64,000 bases of DNA from NCBI RefSeq assembly GCF_006345805.1, contig NC_043002.1, forward strand, positions 30,814,001 through 30,878,000, written 5' to 3'. The DNA is from Octopus sinensis (Eukaryota). The notes beneath the pieces were generated by a model. It saw only the letters and a list, made by a program, of their open reading frames with translations, had not been told where the DNA came from and did not search any database. This document shows positions 12,758 through 27,609 of this stretch, piece by piece (the first letter of the stretch is position 1; every line of letters begins with the position of its first letter). The translations under genes were made by a program, and so were the position numbers.

Positions 12758-14537
12758 CATACATATATATATACATACATACATACATACATACACACTT
12801 ACATATATATGTAAGTATGTATATATATTTGTCTGTCTATATTGAGTACATTTGATTACAAGTACATGCATGATTATGTATTCAACGTAATTTTTTCCTA
12901 ATTGAATTCCTTCTTGCAATCAATATTGTACTCCTATATCCTGTTCATTTCTTCTTTGTATCAAACTCTCTTCCATTAAATGTGCTTTCTCCCCCTTCGG
13001 GCTGTTTCGCCCATTTCTCTCTCCTTTTCTCTTTATGACTTCCGTTTCATCTCTACGTACTTCTGCTTATCCTCCTTACCTTCTTTCAGTGAAGCGGAAG
13101 TGACAGAGCTTATGACCCTTTACAGAGCTTATGTGCTTGGATGAAAAATAAATAAATAAAAGTAATCAAGATATCCCCAAACTGTAAACTTGACTCGAAT
13201 GCTTACATCAAGGTCTCCACTAAAATTTCCTTCAGATCCAGAGAAGGCATTCAAACTGGCGAAGGTTAAAGTCTATTACTACCATCCAGGGAGGTCACAG
13301 AGTTTGGTAGAATAACCCATGACTTACTGTCCTATTTTCTATAAATTCCGCCTAATCACCTCGCTAAACTGGTATACATATTGATCCACACCAGAAGGAT
13401 TACAGACTAAGTCGGCCTCAGCGGGGTTTATACTCCGAACGCAAGAAACTGTCATAAATATCGCAAAATATTCCACTCAATCATCTAAAGTCTCTTCCAG
13501 TTCCTTATCTGTTTAATAGGTTGTTCTTATTTAGCCACAGGTCAGTGCGTCTGAAGGAAACTAATCAAAGTCTCTTTCATTATAAACATACTTGTCTTTT
13601 ATTCATTTTCAATCTATGTGGGAGGAGTGAAACTATAAAATCTGAGAAAATTGATGACTTTCTGCATCGGCAAAAGATAATGCAATTTCAATAGTGCAAT
13701 ATATTTTGTGATGTGAAGAAATATAGAAATGTAACGGTTCGGAGATTTATCTTTCATCAAACTTAATACATTCCACATATCTTTTATGCGATATTAGGTA
13801 GATTTGGCATTATTTCTAGCAAAGTATTCTACTACATTGTTAGTAGCTTTGCTAATAGTGATGATGGCGGTGAAGTTTGTTATAGGCGCGACGTTGGCTG
13901 CTTTGTTTTAATACGTTTATCTCGAAGTAATCCTTGTTTGAACAGACCATGATTAAAGGCAATCCAGTCGTGACAATCCCGTCTATGTAGAAGTGTAGGA
14001 CTAAAATATCTAATGAGCACTACTTAATATATAGAACTAAAGTGTGATTAGATGAGGGTTTACATGCCTGAGATTATTTATCAGCTCGAGTGACCATTTA
14101 GCGGCTCCCATGCGTGGGCTCATAACTGCCTTTATTGTTGTTCATGTTGTTGTCACCGCTACTTCTGTTCTTACTAAAAGATGTTTCTGATCAGGACAGT
14201 TGCAATATTCGTCGTACTATTGAGGTTGTTTCTGGTGTGTTGGATTATGAAGCGTGTATGGACGGTGCTGTGGTAGTGGATAAGGTGGCAGCGGTGGAGG
14301 CGAGGATATAGATGGCATGGGTGGTGTGATGTCAATAGATGTTAGTTGTCAGGGAGACGGAGCCAGTGGACTGACGAGGGCGGCGATTGCGTTGGTGGCG
14401 ATGGTAGTGGCGGTGGTGGAGTCGGAGTTCATGGTGGTGCAGATGTTAGTATAATATATTTCACTACCTGAAGGTTATGCCATATATCATATAGCACACC
14501 ATATGTATGTTTGTGTATACACAAATATTTATATATA

Positions 14538-14612
<75 letters not shown>

Positions 14613-14639
14613 TTACATATGTATGTGTGTATATTTATG

Positions 14640-14703
<64 letters not shown>

Positions 14704-14740
14704 GTGTGTGTGTATGTATGTATATATGCATGTATGTATG

Positions 14741-14802
<62 letters not shown>

Positions 14803-15991
14803 ATTTATGAGCCTGCATAGCCTGCTTTAATGTGTTTGTGTTACAAATGTACGTTATCCCGAGCACTAGTGTGGATACATGGGTAGACACGGTTATATGT
14901 TTAAATACATTTATTATATATTTACGTGAATTTGCTCCTACTGTATGTCTCTCTCTCTCTCTCTCTCTAGGTATATGCATGTGTTTGCACGTTTATATGT
15001 ATGTATGTATGTATGTATATGCATGTGTACGTGTGGAGTATTTGTGTGTGTTTCAGGTGACCTCCACAACCGACTCGATATGAATGCACCGAATGACTGA
15101 AGTACCGAAAGACTCTGCCAATGTCAAAAACGATGTCAAAATAGATTGAAACGTGTAAATTATGATCCATGTTCCGTCGAAGCCATCCTGTTGCTGGGAA
15201 ATGTATGAACTTATTGATTGATTATTAATATTCTCTGGCGTTAATGCTCGCGATGGCGTCGGCGGCGTCGGTGGTGGTGGTGGTGGTGGCGGTGGTAGTG
15301 GGGATGAGATGGTGGGTGTTTGGGTGGTTGATACTCTTTTTCCTGCTACAGCTACTGATGCAGCTGTTGTGTTGTTGTAGTTGTTGTTTTGGTTGGTGGC
15401 GGTGGCGGTGGTGGTAGTGGCGGCGGCGGCGGCGGTGGTGATGGTGCTGGTTGTGGTGGAAGAAGAGTACTCGTGGTAGAAGGGGGACTAGTGAAGGTAT
15501 TAGTGTACTAGATGTGGTGGGTACGAGGACGGTGGTGAGTGTGTTGGTTGTGGTGTTGGTGGTGGTTGTGACGGAACTGATTGTGTTATCGATGGTGGTG
15601 ATGGTTCCAGATTGTGGCGGTTGCAGTAGCGGCGCTTCGGTGGAGGTTGTAGCATAGGTGGTGGCTGCACCGAAGGTGCTTGGTGCGGGTACATTATTAT
15701 TAATTTTTCCACAATTTATAATATTTATTTATACATTTTCTTATTCTTCTTTCAGTTTTGCACAGACGTCAGAAATATAGACTGAGGATGAAAACGACGA
15801 CGATGATGATAATTTTGAAGATGATGTTGATGGAGAGCATTGGTGAGAAAACTGGTGGCATGGGTGAGGGTAAGGGTAGTGTACGGGTAACAGCATGGGT
15901 AGTGTACGGGTAGAGGAAATGGTAGAGTACTGTTGGTAGGCTGAAACATTAGCAACATCATAATTCATCATCACATTTATCGTCGTCACCG

Positions 15992-16022
<31 letters not shown>

Positions 16023-16472
16023 CATCCTCATCCTCATTCTCATCGCACAGATCATCATCATCCTCATCATCATTCTCATCACACACATCATCTTCATTAT
16101 CATCATCATCATTACACTCATCATCATTCTCATCACACACATCATCATTTTCATCATCATCATCATCATTACAATCATCATCATCATCATTACGATCATC
16201 ATCATTCTCATCACCCACATCATCATCATCATCTTTGTCCTCATCACAACTACCTCCCCCTCAACTGCGACCAACTCCAGCACCCACATTGCCATTAATG
16301 CCGTCGTCGTCGTCGTCATCATCATCATCATCATCATTATTGAATAATAAAAAAATCAAAATCAATAAATGAGGAAACAGAAAGCAAATGAAAACAGAAA
16401 AAGATATGAATACAAAAAGCTATAAAAGTTTATTATTGCATTATTTTTTGCAGTAGCTGTCGCTTCCATATA

Positions 16473-16543
16473 AATTATTATTATTATTATTATTATTATT
16501 TTTTTTTTTTATTGTTGTTGTTGTTGTTGTTGTTCTTATTCTT

Positions 16544-16574
<31 letters not shown>

Positions 16575-16666
16575 TTATTATTATTGTTGTTGTTGTTGTT
16601 GTTCTTCTTCTTCTTCTTCTTCTTATTATTATTATTATTATTATTGTTGTTGTTGTTGTTGTTGTT

Positions 16667-16697
<31 letters not shown>

Positions 16698-16820
16698 TTA
16701 TTATTATTGTTGTTGTTGTTGTTGTTCTTCTTCTTCTTCTTATTATTATTATTACTATTATTATTTTTATTGTTGTTGTTGTTGTTGTTGTTGTTGTTCT
16801 TCTTCTTCTTCTTCTTCTTC

Positions 16821-16917
<97 letters not shown>
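16473..16917. repeat. Compound trinucleotide microsatellite (ATT/GTT/CTT blocks)
   Basis: Directly visible; five ATT-GTT-CTT cycles followed by a long (ATT)n. Confidence 0.95.
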
Positions 16918-17144
16918 TTCAGGAACTCGACTGACTTTTTTTCCATAACGATATGAGTTTTTAAACATCTGACACCATAATTCAGCTCTTTTTTCCAATA
17001 TCATCCGGGTAACATTCATTTTCATACGTCTATTTTCAATATTTTTAAAGCTCTCTTTTCATATTTTCTTTATTACTATCGATGAGGGCTGCATTTGCTG
17101 TAGTAGAATTAGTATCAGTAGTATTGGTAGTAGTAGTAGTAGTC

Positions 17145-17194
<50 letters not shown>

Positions 17195-17887
17195 TCGTGT
17201 TGTTGCTGCTGATGCTTCTGCTGTTGTTGTTGCTGTTATTGTTGTTGTTGTTGTTGTTTTTGTTGTTAGTATTTTCGTTCTGAAAGGTTTAGTGCTTTAT
17301 TTATTTCGTACATGTGTTTTTTGTTTTTGTTTTTAGCTTTTTTTGACTAGTTATATAACGTGTATAGCTTTTGTTTATTTTTGCTTTGTGATCATTTGTC
17401 TCACCTCTGAACTTTCTGCAAAAATATTTCTAGCTACACTCACTTAATACCGATGCAGTGCCTTCTTGAAACGAATAATCCATTTACTCAAGTATGTGTG
17501 CACCCGTGTATGTGTGCATGCATGTCTGTATGCATGCTTGTATGTATGGATTTATGTATTTATGCATGCATGTATGTATGCTTGTTTGTATGGATTTATG
17601 TATTTATGCATGCATGTATGTATATATGCGTGTGTGCCCATGTGTGTGTATTATGCAAGTAAGTATATATATAGGCAGATAGACAGACAGATAGGTATTT
17701 GCGTAAATACTCATATACACATACGTATGTTTATGTATAATGCATATATACGCAAATATATCGGTATATTTTGGTGGGAGACAAACACAAACACACAAGC
17801 ACACATACACATACACACACACGCACATACACACACACGCACACACATACACACACACACACGCACACACACATATATATATATATA

Positions 17888-18020
17888 TAATCAGCCGAAA
17901 TTACTACGATGATCCGGTTCTTGACTGAAGACTGAGGGGTTCGAATGTCCTGTCCATGTTTATTGTATCGTCTTCTAAGAGTTATTCGTTCTTGTCCATG
18001 TTGTATTTTTCTACATACCT
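17888..18020 (+). repeat. Family P1 repeat copy
   Basis: ATCAGCCGAAATTACTACGATGATCCGGTTCTTGACTGAAGA; see 10876 and 37340. Confidence 0.55.
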
Positions 18021-18054
18021 TAATATATATATATATATATATATACATACATAC

Positions 18055-18217
18055 GACGAATTTTTGTCAATTTCCATCTACTAAATCCACTCACAAGGCT
18101 TTGGTCGACCCGAGTCTATAGTAGAAGACACATGCCCAAGGTGCCATGCAGTGGGACTGAACACGGAACCATGTGGTTCGGAAGCATGCTTCTTACCACA
18201 CAGCCTCTCCTGCGTCT
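18055..18217 (-). mobile_element. SINE family A, 5' half
   Basis: Reverse complement of the family A head and CORE-like region. Confidence 0.75.
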
Positions 18218-18609
18218 AAGTATATTCTCATGGTATATTTCAGAAGTTGATTAATATCATTTACTGTTCCATACATTATCTTACCCTCATGCGGGATGGG
18301 TAAAGCATGGCTATTCAGTGTTCTGGTATCCTGGAAGTGTAAAGCACACATGCTTGGAGTGGATCATTGCTAATGGGTTTCCCGGCCCTTGTGAAATGGG
18401 TGTAAAATATAGTTACTAGGTGATTTAGTTCTTGCATAGGAGGTGGACCTGGTTGTCTTGGCGCATGAAGAAGGGAAGAGAAGCATATCTACTGGGTGTT
18501 TGACCCCGCTAATGGGGTTGGTCATAGCTATCGGACATTTTATCCTTCGTAGAAAGAAAAGGGAACCTATCTACTATAATTCCTATTTCCTGGAGTGACT
18601 GTGGATTAG

Positions 18610-18631
18610 ATTAATAGATAGATAGATAGAC

Positions 18632-18714
<83 letters not shown>

Positions 18715-18725
18715 CAGATAGATAT

Positions 18726-18816
<91 letters not shown>

Positions 18817-18819
18817 TAC

Positions 18820-18897
<78 letters not shown>

Positions 18898-18900
18898 GTA
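18610..18900. repeat. (GATA)n tetranucleotide microsatellite
   Basis: Directly visible, about 290 bp. Confidence 0.95.
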
Positions 18901-19329
18901 TATAGATAGATAGAGATAATATGATAGATAGAGAGACGGATAGATAGAGGGAGAGAGAGAGGCAGACAGACAGACTGACAGAAAGGGAGTTTGAGTATAG
19001 ATAGAGTTTCGTTTTCTTACTAAAATGGTGCCAAAACACAGTCAATGCGTTTCTGAGTTCTTAAAAGAGAGGCCGCACCGTGAATAGCCCTCTAAACATA
19101 TTGAGGTGTATATTAATGAACACATTTAAACGATACAAATAACAGCAACGACATGCAAAAGCATGAATAGGCAGCAAAAGTAAGATCATCGTTTTAGGTT
19201 GACAATGTAGTTGGTAACAATAACTTTCATATTGAGGATAAGCTAGAGGTAGAGAGAAAGAAAGTACGTGAGAGAAAGAGAAAGAGAGAGGGGAGGGAGA
19301 AAGAGAGAGAGAGGAGAGGAGAGACCTAG

Positions 19330-19482
19330 ACCAGCACTCCACTGGTACTCATTCTGAGCTCAGTCGAGTGCAGCAAAGTTAAACGAAGTGTCTTACTCAA
19401 AAACATTCGTGCTGCCCGGTCCAAGTATTGAAACTTCGACCTTAAGATCACGAACCCATTGTAACCACTTGGCCACACGATT
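19330..19482 (-). mobile_element. Diverged tRNA-derived SINE
   Basis: Minus strand GTGTGGCCAAGTGGTTAC...GAAGTTTCAATACTTGG head, then GTAAGACACTT CORE-like motif. Confidence 0.45.
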
Positions 19483-20084
19483 TCAAGGACCCGCACCGGT
19501 ATATGTGGGAAAGTGTATGTAGTTTTCTGTACGTGTACGTGTATGTGTGTGTGTGTGTGTGTGTGCGTGTGTGTATGCGCGTATGTGTGTGTACGTGTGC
19601 GTGTGTTTGTGTTTGGTATCTCTTTTATAGTAACTGCTAATCAAAATGGCAGATGCTTTTTTTTTTGCTGTGTCCATCTGTGTTCCTCAACTTAGCGCTT
19701 CGTCAATAACGAAGAGATAAAATATGCATGAGACTGAAATGAGTACTGGGGATGGATATGACCAATTAAGCCGCTTGATAAGGTGCTGCAGTATGGCCGT
19801 TGTCCACTGACTGAAAGCAGTAAAAATGAAAATGAACGAAGAATAAAAAGAAAAAAAAAACTTAAAGGAACAATACTAGAAAATATCAGTAAAACTAACA
19901 AGACAACAACAACACCAACAATATTAGTAATAGTGGCGAGAACGACAACAACAACAATAGCAGAATTAGAAGCAGAAGCAGCAACAACAACAACAACAGC
20001 AGATGCAGTAGAACTAAGAATGGTCAGGATATTAGCTGATTGCACGAATTTTAGTGTTCCCTGTGGAAATGTAGATATATTTAC

Positions 20085-20248
20085 GAGTAATGGACACATA
20101 ACCGACATGATAAGGTGACGCTGCCCGATATTAACACCACTTCCACTGTTGGACATGATATGTGGCCTGTCAAGTATGTAATATGAAGTTGATGGCTCAG
20201 TCATCACTCCATACGTCACCGAGGGCCATACAATGACCAAAGCCACAC
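20085..20248 (-). CDS. Possible host-gene exon (unknown protein)
   Basis: Non-repetitive island; tttatatag| acceptor, |gtaaat donor; single open frame (G)[18 protein letters not shown]...[12 protein letters not shown]. No recognisable homology. Confidence 0.3.
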
Positions 20249-20286
20249 CTATATAAATGTATATATATTCACACACACACACACAC

Positions 20287-20327
<41 letters not shown>

Positions 20328-20410
20328 ATACGTACATACATATATATATATACATACATATATATACACTCAATCACACCACATACACGCATGCACATAC
20401 ATGCATACAT

Positions 20411-20442
<32 letters not shown>

Positions 20443-20497
20443 ATATGTATACATATTATATATATGTATATATATATGTATGTGTATATATATATAT

Positions 20498-20542
<45 letters not shown>

Positions 20543-21347
20543 TATGTATGCATATATATGTGTATGTGCGTGCATGTGTATGTGTTTCTGCGCACGCGCG
20601 TGTGTGTGTATGTGTATGTGTGTTTGTAAAAGCTGATTGCTCATCTTAGCTCTTTCACTAGAATATTTCCTGAAAGTTGCCACCCTTTCTTCTTTTCCTC
20701 CTCCCGCTCCTCCTCCTCCATCCTCCATACTTCCATTATTATAATGTCTCTCTATTCACTCACTCATCATCGAACTGACACCAAAAACTAGCTTCTGTCC
20801 ATAAGTTTTATTTCCAATTATTCAGACATTTGATGCAGTATTGACCCTTATCCATCCAAAACCCTGTCCACCATTAATCCTAGAAGCCGGTTTCAGAGCT
20901 CTACAGAGATACACGTTTATTGTTTGCCCGGTTTTATATATGACACACAAAGCACACACACACACACACACATACACATATACACATACCCACACACGCA
21001 CAGACTGCAAGCACACATAGTTGTAAAAACATACACACATGTATGATGTATACACACTCCCATGCATATGGAGCGCATCTATTTAAACGTATTACAGTTG
21101 TACCGACCTAAACACTTAAACAGACAACCAGAGAAGGCATTAATATTAGAACTGCGAAGAATATTAGAGAGAATATTACGTGGAGTGCCTGATTCTGCAA
21201 ATATATTTGGCAATAATTCAGTTTCGTCCTTACTTTAATGCATGTCACAACTTCCCATTTAGCTTTTCCTCGACAATTTTCAATATTTCCAATTGAATGT
21301 AATTTCATTTTCACTGTTCACCGTATGTGCGTTTATGTGTACATGTA

Positions 21348-21424
<77 letters not shown>

Positions 21425-22587
21425 TGTATGGATGTATATTGAAACCTAAATGTCCTCCCAAACTGTTAACGTTACTAAGATAGTTAATGACGGCAAAAGC
21501 AGTACTAGTACCAGAAGGTAAAATGTATCTTCCCTTAAAGGCAGGTGTTGTGTTAGAACACAGAATACTGCGAAATTTGCCATGAGAGCACTTCTCATAT
21601 GGACACTTCAGAAGCATAAAACGCGATCGCGTTTATATTGCTGACGGGCGAATACCCTCCGCTGCGGCCACCTGATTTCGCATATCTTTCTCCATGGCAA
21701 ATGGTCAGCTAGACATAGCAGCTGATCACACACACGCATATATGCAGGCACGCAGGCATGCAGGCACGCTGGCACGCACACACACACACCCATGCGTGCG
21801 CACGCATAGTCACACACAAGCATAGAGATACAATGGGCTTATTTCCATTTAAGTCTACCAAATCTACATCGCTTGGTCGGCCTGAGGCTATAGTGAGAAG
21901 AAATTTGTGTGTGTGTGTAAGTATGTATGCGTGCGCGCATGTGTACACCACACACATATATGTTCAACTGAATGAGTGTGAAAGCAGCAAATCACAATGC
22001 TATTTTTTACTCGTTGTTTTAAAGCAGCAAGTTTGGCTTTTCAGCCCTACTTGAAATTTTCACGCTTTTGCACTGATGTAGCAATGGCGGGCACCTCCCG
22101 AAGAAGGTGTTCAGACATCTTGTCACCTACGCTGACGCATTTATTACTTCATGTGCATTTGGACTTTCCGGCAACGGACAACCTTAGTAACACATAATAG
22201 AGAACACACAATGACTTTGCCTGAAGAATCTTGCAGTAAGATAGGCATTAAACAGGGCCAATCGCACTCGCTAAACATCATTGCCCCTAAGTTTGTGTTA
22301 TTGGCATCAAACGGTGACGCAGAGGTTGCATCAGAGTTTTCCTTCTTCTAGAAATAAGCCTAGACAAAGAATAGCTGTCTCTCACATCAGCTGTTAAATT
22401 GTCGTTGAATCCGCTGAGTTTATCCGGCAGTTGATACTTTTCTTAGTCCTTCAGAGTATCCAATCAAAAAATCTGCGCTTTTCTAACAGCCTTAGTGGAG
22501 TTGCGGGTTTAGTCACCGACAGACTGATTATATAGCAGGCTGCACTACGTTACGTGTTGCCTGTAACTTTAAGAGTACATACATATA

Positions 22588-22749
22588 CGCGCAGAAGTGG
22601 CTGTGTGGTAAGTAGCTTGTTTACCAACCACATGGCTCCGGGTTCAGTCCCTCTGCGTGGAAATTTGGGCAAGTGTCTTCTACTATAGCCTCGGGCCAAC
22701 GAAAGCCTTGTGATTTGATTTGGTAGACGGAAACTGAAAGAAGCCCGTC

Positions 22750-22829
<80 letters not shown>

Positions 22830-22900
22830 GCATGTATATATGTGTGTGTATGTGTTTATGTGCCTGTGTTTGTCCCCCCACCATCGCTTGACAACCGATG
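22588..22900 (+). mobile_element. SINE family A, 3'-truncated
   Basis: GCGCAGAAGTGGCTGTGTGGTAAGTAGC head, internal (TA)n, start of the 3' half CCATCGCTTGACAACCGATG. Confidence 0.85.
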
Positions 22901-23839
22901 CAAAGTTGTCAACTCGACATATATGGGGACATATAATTGCTCGTTAATTTCCGTAAAATTATTTTCATTTCTGTTTGCTTTGAAGAGAGCAGAAATTGAA
23001 AGAAAAGGTAAAGTGAAAAGGCGACATTTGCATCGAGTTGGGGTGGAGCAAAAAGAGGAGAACGTGTAAGAAGTACGTGTATATGAAATAGACGTGAGAG
23101 TGTGTATGAGAGAGAGAGAGAAAGAGTGTCAGAATAAGTGGCACTCACTCGCTCTCTCTCTCTCACACACACGTACATAGTGGAGGTAAAGAATACGCAC
23201 ACCACCCATTTTCGGCGTAACCCTAACCCTAAACACCGGGAGTGCGTATTCTTTACCACTCGCTAATAAATACATATGCATATATCTTTTTTTATGCGCG
23301 AGAGTGTCTGTGTGTGTATGTGTGTGTGCGTGTGACTGTATTTCCTCAGAACATAGACAAATGGATGTTTCTGAATGCAATTTTTTTTGGCTGTGGCTTT
23401 TTTAATACAATTTATGTGTATATTTATGTATACATTTTCATAAATCTTCGTCTGACTAGAATTCTATGCATGCGGGAAACGTTGGACGAAAGTGAAACAT
23501 TGTATGCAAATCGAAATATTGTCCGAATTTGATCTGAAAATTGTAACCCATTTTAGTTGTAAAACAGTGTTGTTGATTCAAAAGCATAGCTTATTTGGTA
23601 AATAGATAATAAACAGCTTTCTTTATTATAATACAGATGTGACTAATTCGGATAAACATTACTTTCATTATTCACAATTTGTCACCCTCGTAGTGCAACA
23701 CTTTGTAATTTTGGTTCAAACTGAAATTGTGAAACTATTTTCATTTTCTAATGAAACATGGTCGTTGTAGAGAAGTGTATTTGAAATGACTATTGTTGAG
23801 ATAACGTAGAAAATATGGAAATGGAATTAAATTTTGACA

Positions 23840-24170
23840 TGTGTATTTGATTTGATTGTTCTGGTCTTACCATCAGTTCTTAAGAATAGAAGTCATTTGA
23901 CAACACCTTTTTGTTTGTAATTGGTTATCCTGGTGCAGGTTCAATCCGTAGAATATTGAAATGATACCCATCTTGTCAATTCCACAGAATAAGAGTATAT
24001 TGGAGAGCATCGTTAGGGGATGAGTCTGTGAAACACGTTTAAAGGTGTTATCTCGAACACGAATGAGAATATGATTTTCATGGGGATCACCAACCATAAC
24101 GATGGATGCTTCATTAGATGTGGGCTCGTTAAAACCGCGTAAAATGTTCTTTTCTATAGTTTACTATCGA
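23840..24170 (-). pseudogene. Helitron Rep-helicase N-terminal fragment
   Basis: Across frameshifts: RFNEPTSNEASIVMVG...IRVRDNTFKRVSQTHP..DALQY..GYHFNI..KKVLSNDFYS*ELMVR, resembling the Helitron motifs FNAPTxxEVA, YDALQYP, GYHFNI and KKVSxxxYYxYRLMxR. Confidence 0.7.
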
Positions 24171-24269
24171 CGTAAGGAATGCAGAAACACACTCATAGAA
24201 TTGATGATATTGAAAACAGCAAAATATACACATACGAAGTTCAAGCGAAACGAAATGTAGTCAATATAG

Positions 24270-24430
24270 GCGCCAAACATACTTTCTGCAGCATAGTTAT
24301 GCTATAAGAAATGGTAAGTCACCAATTTAGCAAAAGTTACTAAATGTATTCAATATAGGTGTAAATCATACTTTCTGTAGCTTAGTTGTGCTATAAAAAA
24401 ATGGAAAGTTACCACTTTAGCGAAAGTTAG
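24270..24430. repeat. Two diverged ~98-bp tandem units
   Basis: CATACTTTCTGCAGCATAGTTATGCTATAAGAAATGG... and CATACTTTCTGTAGCTTAGTTGTGCTATAAAAAATGG... Confidence 0.6.
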
Positions 24431-25522
24431 TATGCGTCACCAATGTAAAAAAGTACAGAAAGTCAATATTTATTTGGAACATGTACTAAATGTTATAAAA
24501 TTCACGATTGAATATCACGGTGAAGAAAGTGAAAGTCCAAGAAAATTCAGAAGGCATAATTCAATTTTTCATACAAAAATAATATATTTTACAATTTTGA
24601 AATGAACGCTGAACCAAATGTATAGAAAAGAAGATAAGGTTGTAACGTTAATTTAAAATATTTGCTGAAGGATGTATGTAGCAAGTTATGAATTAATTTG
24701 ACATTATTTTTCAACAGTGTAACATTATATGCTGTAGAATAAATACTGACTAACGCAGTATAAGGGTTGTGAGTTGTTGATACTCACGTTAATGAAGAAG
24801 CTTAGGAAGACTGTTAAAAATTATCTTGAAACTCGTTAGAAGGAGTGGAATAATATTTCTGTAATTATATTGAAAGAGCCGCTGAGGCATTCTACTACGC
24901 CAAGTTTCCGAATTTGTTATTATAACGAGAATAATATTTTTTTCAGATACATTTGCGAGTATTATGTGTGGTGTTAAATCAATCAAATCTTCATGCAGCA
25001 CTTCAAAGTGAATTCTGCTGTTCCTTTAAAGTCTAAGCTGCAACTATACTTTCAATATCGGCGCATTTCAGTTAGGCGGGGGAGATAGGTTACATATATA
25101 AACTAAGACACGACGTACACACACACATACATACACATACATTAACGCACACCTGAAGCCCATTTCTGTTCCTATGTGTGTCGGACAGCTACATATACCG
25201 TCACACTCATATACTTGTCAGTCATCGGCTTAACGTAGGTAACGACTGCTAGAACAGACTCATATCGAAACTGTGACGTTATTGTCGTTGTGCTGGTGGT
25301 ATAAAATGTCGTTTACGATAGGTGACTAAAAGAAAAATGACAATTTTAAATTTGTGAAATGCAAATATGTGAATGAAAATATTGTTTAGTTCGTATCCAA
25401 AAGCCTACTGAATATTTTCATACGCCATACGTCAAAATCAGCAACTCGGTTTTGGAATGCATAAGGAACATACGCACACACATACGCACACATACAAACG
25501 CTCTTTCATATATAAATGATGA

Positions 25523-25553
<31 letters not shown>

Positions 25554-25557
25554 CCAC

Positions 25558-25601
<44 letters not shown>

Positions 25602-25628
25602 GGTAGACGTGTGTGTATATATATCTTG

Positions 25629-25659
<31 letters not shown>

Positions 25660-25972
25660 TGTGTGTGTGTGTGTTTTACGCATGTAGACATGTATGTGTT
25701 TAATACACATTTTCTTTATTATTACCTATCATGTGATTGGAATAGAATGTTGTGCCAAGAGGGCTATCGAACTCATCTAATTATTTCATCATTTGCCTTG
25801 CACGAAACAGAAGGCAATCCAATCGCAGAAAATATAACATTTACACACGCGCTTGTGTACACGCATACACATACACACACACATTCACATACATATTCAC
25901 ACACACAAACACATACACATACATAGACACAGGCACAAACACTCACGCATATGTGTTCATAACACAGCTCAC

Positions 25973-26122
25973 TGGCTGAAGGAATTCTAAGACGCTCGCT
26001 ATTCTGTGACAACCGATCCAAGAACTGCAGGACCTGTCTTTCAAGAATCGGTTTACTTAGCCTCTTAAGGGATTCCCGTTCTTTCAAATGTTTCTCGGAC
26101 AGGAATAATTCCAACATCTCGC
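25973..26122 (-). CDS. Possible host-gene exon (150 nt, phase 1-1)
   Basis: caatttcttaaaattag| acceptor, |gtgagc donor; frame (G)EMLELFLSEKHLKERESLKRLSKPILERQVLQFLDRLSQNSERLRIPSA. No recognisable homology. Confidence 0.4.
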
Positions 26123-26505
26123 CTAATTTTAAGAAATTGTTTATCTATGTTTTCATTGTCAAATTCATTTATTTTTATTCTAGAATTGTACGATTTGCAC
26201 TAGAGTTGACTTCTATTTCTGGCAGGTCGTACGACCATGTAAGGTCCTCTCGTTAGTTAGATGAATTAACTGATACCGGTGTCGCTGGTAACGATGCTGA
26301 AAAGAGTCGGATGGAGCTACGAATCTAAAACCTTCATTTTAATTAAGATGCTTTTAACTGATAACATCACATGGGGTGGAGTTATAATGACATAGTTAAT
26401 TAGATTCAGAAGAGTCACTGTGGACTGTTAATAGGAATTGACGAATATGATGGTGTGGAATAAACAGCGAAAGAGAAATACAGGAGGATATAAGGGAGAG
26501 AGAAT

Positions 26506-26536
<31 letters not shown>

Positions 26537-26747
26537 TTACGTAAGCGTATAAGTATCACGTAAGCGTATAAGTATCGCGTACGCAAGTTTTGTTTCTCGC
26601 TCTAACAGAAAAAAAAACACGCATACACACACGCACACAGTCATGTGCGCGCACACACGCACACTCACACACACAACGTGTACAGTGATTATATAAAAAC
26701 ATTTCAGCAGCAATGCCTCCGACGAAAGTATATATTGCAGCGACTGC

Positions 26748-26821
<74 letters not shown>

Positions 26822-26868
26822 ATATATAGATACATATATATGTATATATATATATATATGTATGTATA

Positions 26869-26910
<42 letters not shown>

Positions 26911-27027
26911 TAGATAGACAGACAGATAGATAGATAGATAGATAGATCGATAGATAGATAGATAGACAGATAGATAGATAGATAGATAGATAGACAGATA
27001 TCTGTGCACGTGAGAGGGTGTGAGTGA

Positions 27028-27109
<82 letters not shown>

Positions 27110-27111
<2 letters not shown>

Positions 27112-27410
27112 TGCGTGTAACATTTCTCTGCTTTTTCCCCGTCCTTGTTTCGTATACATTCGCTGCTTTCTTCCAACGAATGTAATGCTCTTAGTCTATT
27201 TTTTCGTTGGGGCTGGCTAGATTGGAGCAATTTGGAGTATAACCAGTCGAAATTGCAAAGATAATCTTGAACTCAATTGATGAAAGAAAACTCCGAATGA
27301 CCTGTCCTTGTTTCCCTTGTATCATCTGTCTGGATGTTTTGTTGTCCGTTTTTAGCATCACCTAACTGTCTGGATGTTTTGCGCTCTTGTCCCATTTTTG
27401 TATTTTTTAT
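27110..27410 (+). repeat. Family P1 repeat copy next to the PLE 3' end
   Basis: GTCCTTGTTTCGTATACATTCG...TTGGGGCTGGC...GTCGAAATTGCAAAGATAATC; matches 37340-37570. Confidence 0.6.
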
Positions 27411-27609
27411 ATATAAAATATAGCGGCGTACGTACACTTTCGTCTCTTACATGTAAGTATATATTTATATGTAAATTTGCAAGACTCTATTATTCGTTGT
27501 ATTTCTTCATTTTTTCCTTCTTCCTATCAGCCCTTTCACACTTCGTTCATTCCACTCTTCTTTGTTTCGTTCCCCCTCTCTCACATTTCCTGGCCTTCAT
27601 GCTCAGAAA

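Noticed and set aside
23215-23235. (CCCTAA)2 telomere-like motif
   Set aside because: Only two units; expected by chance or as part of a repeat.
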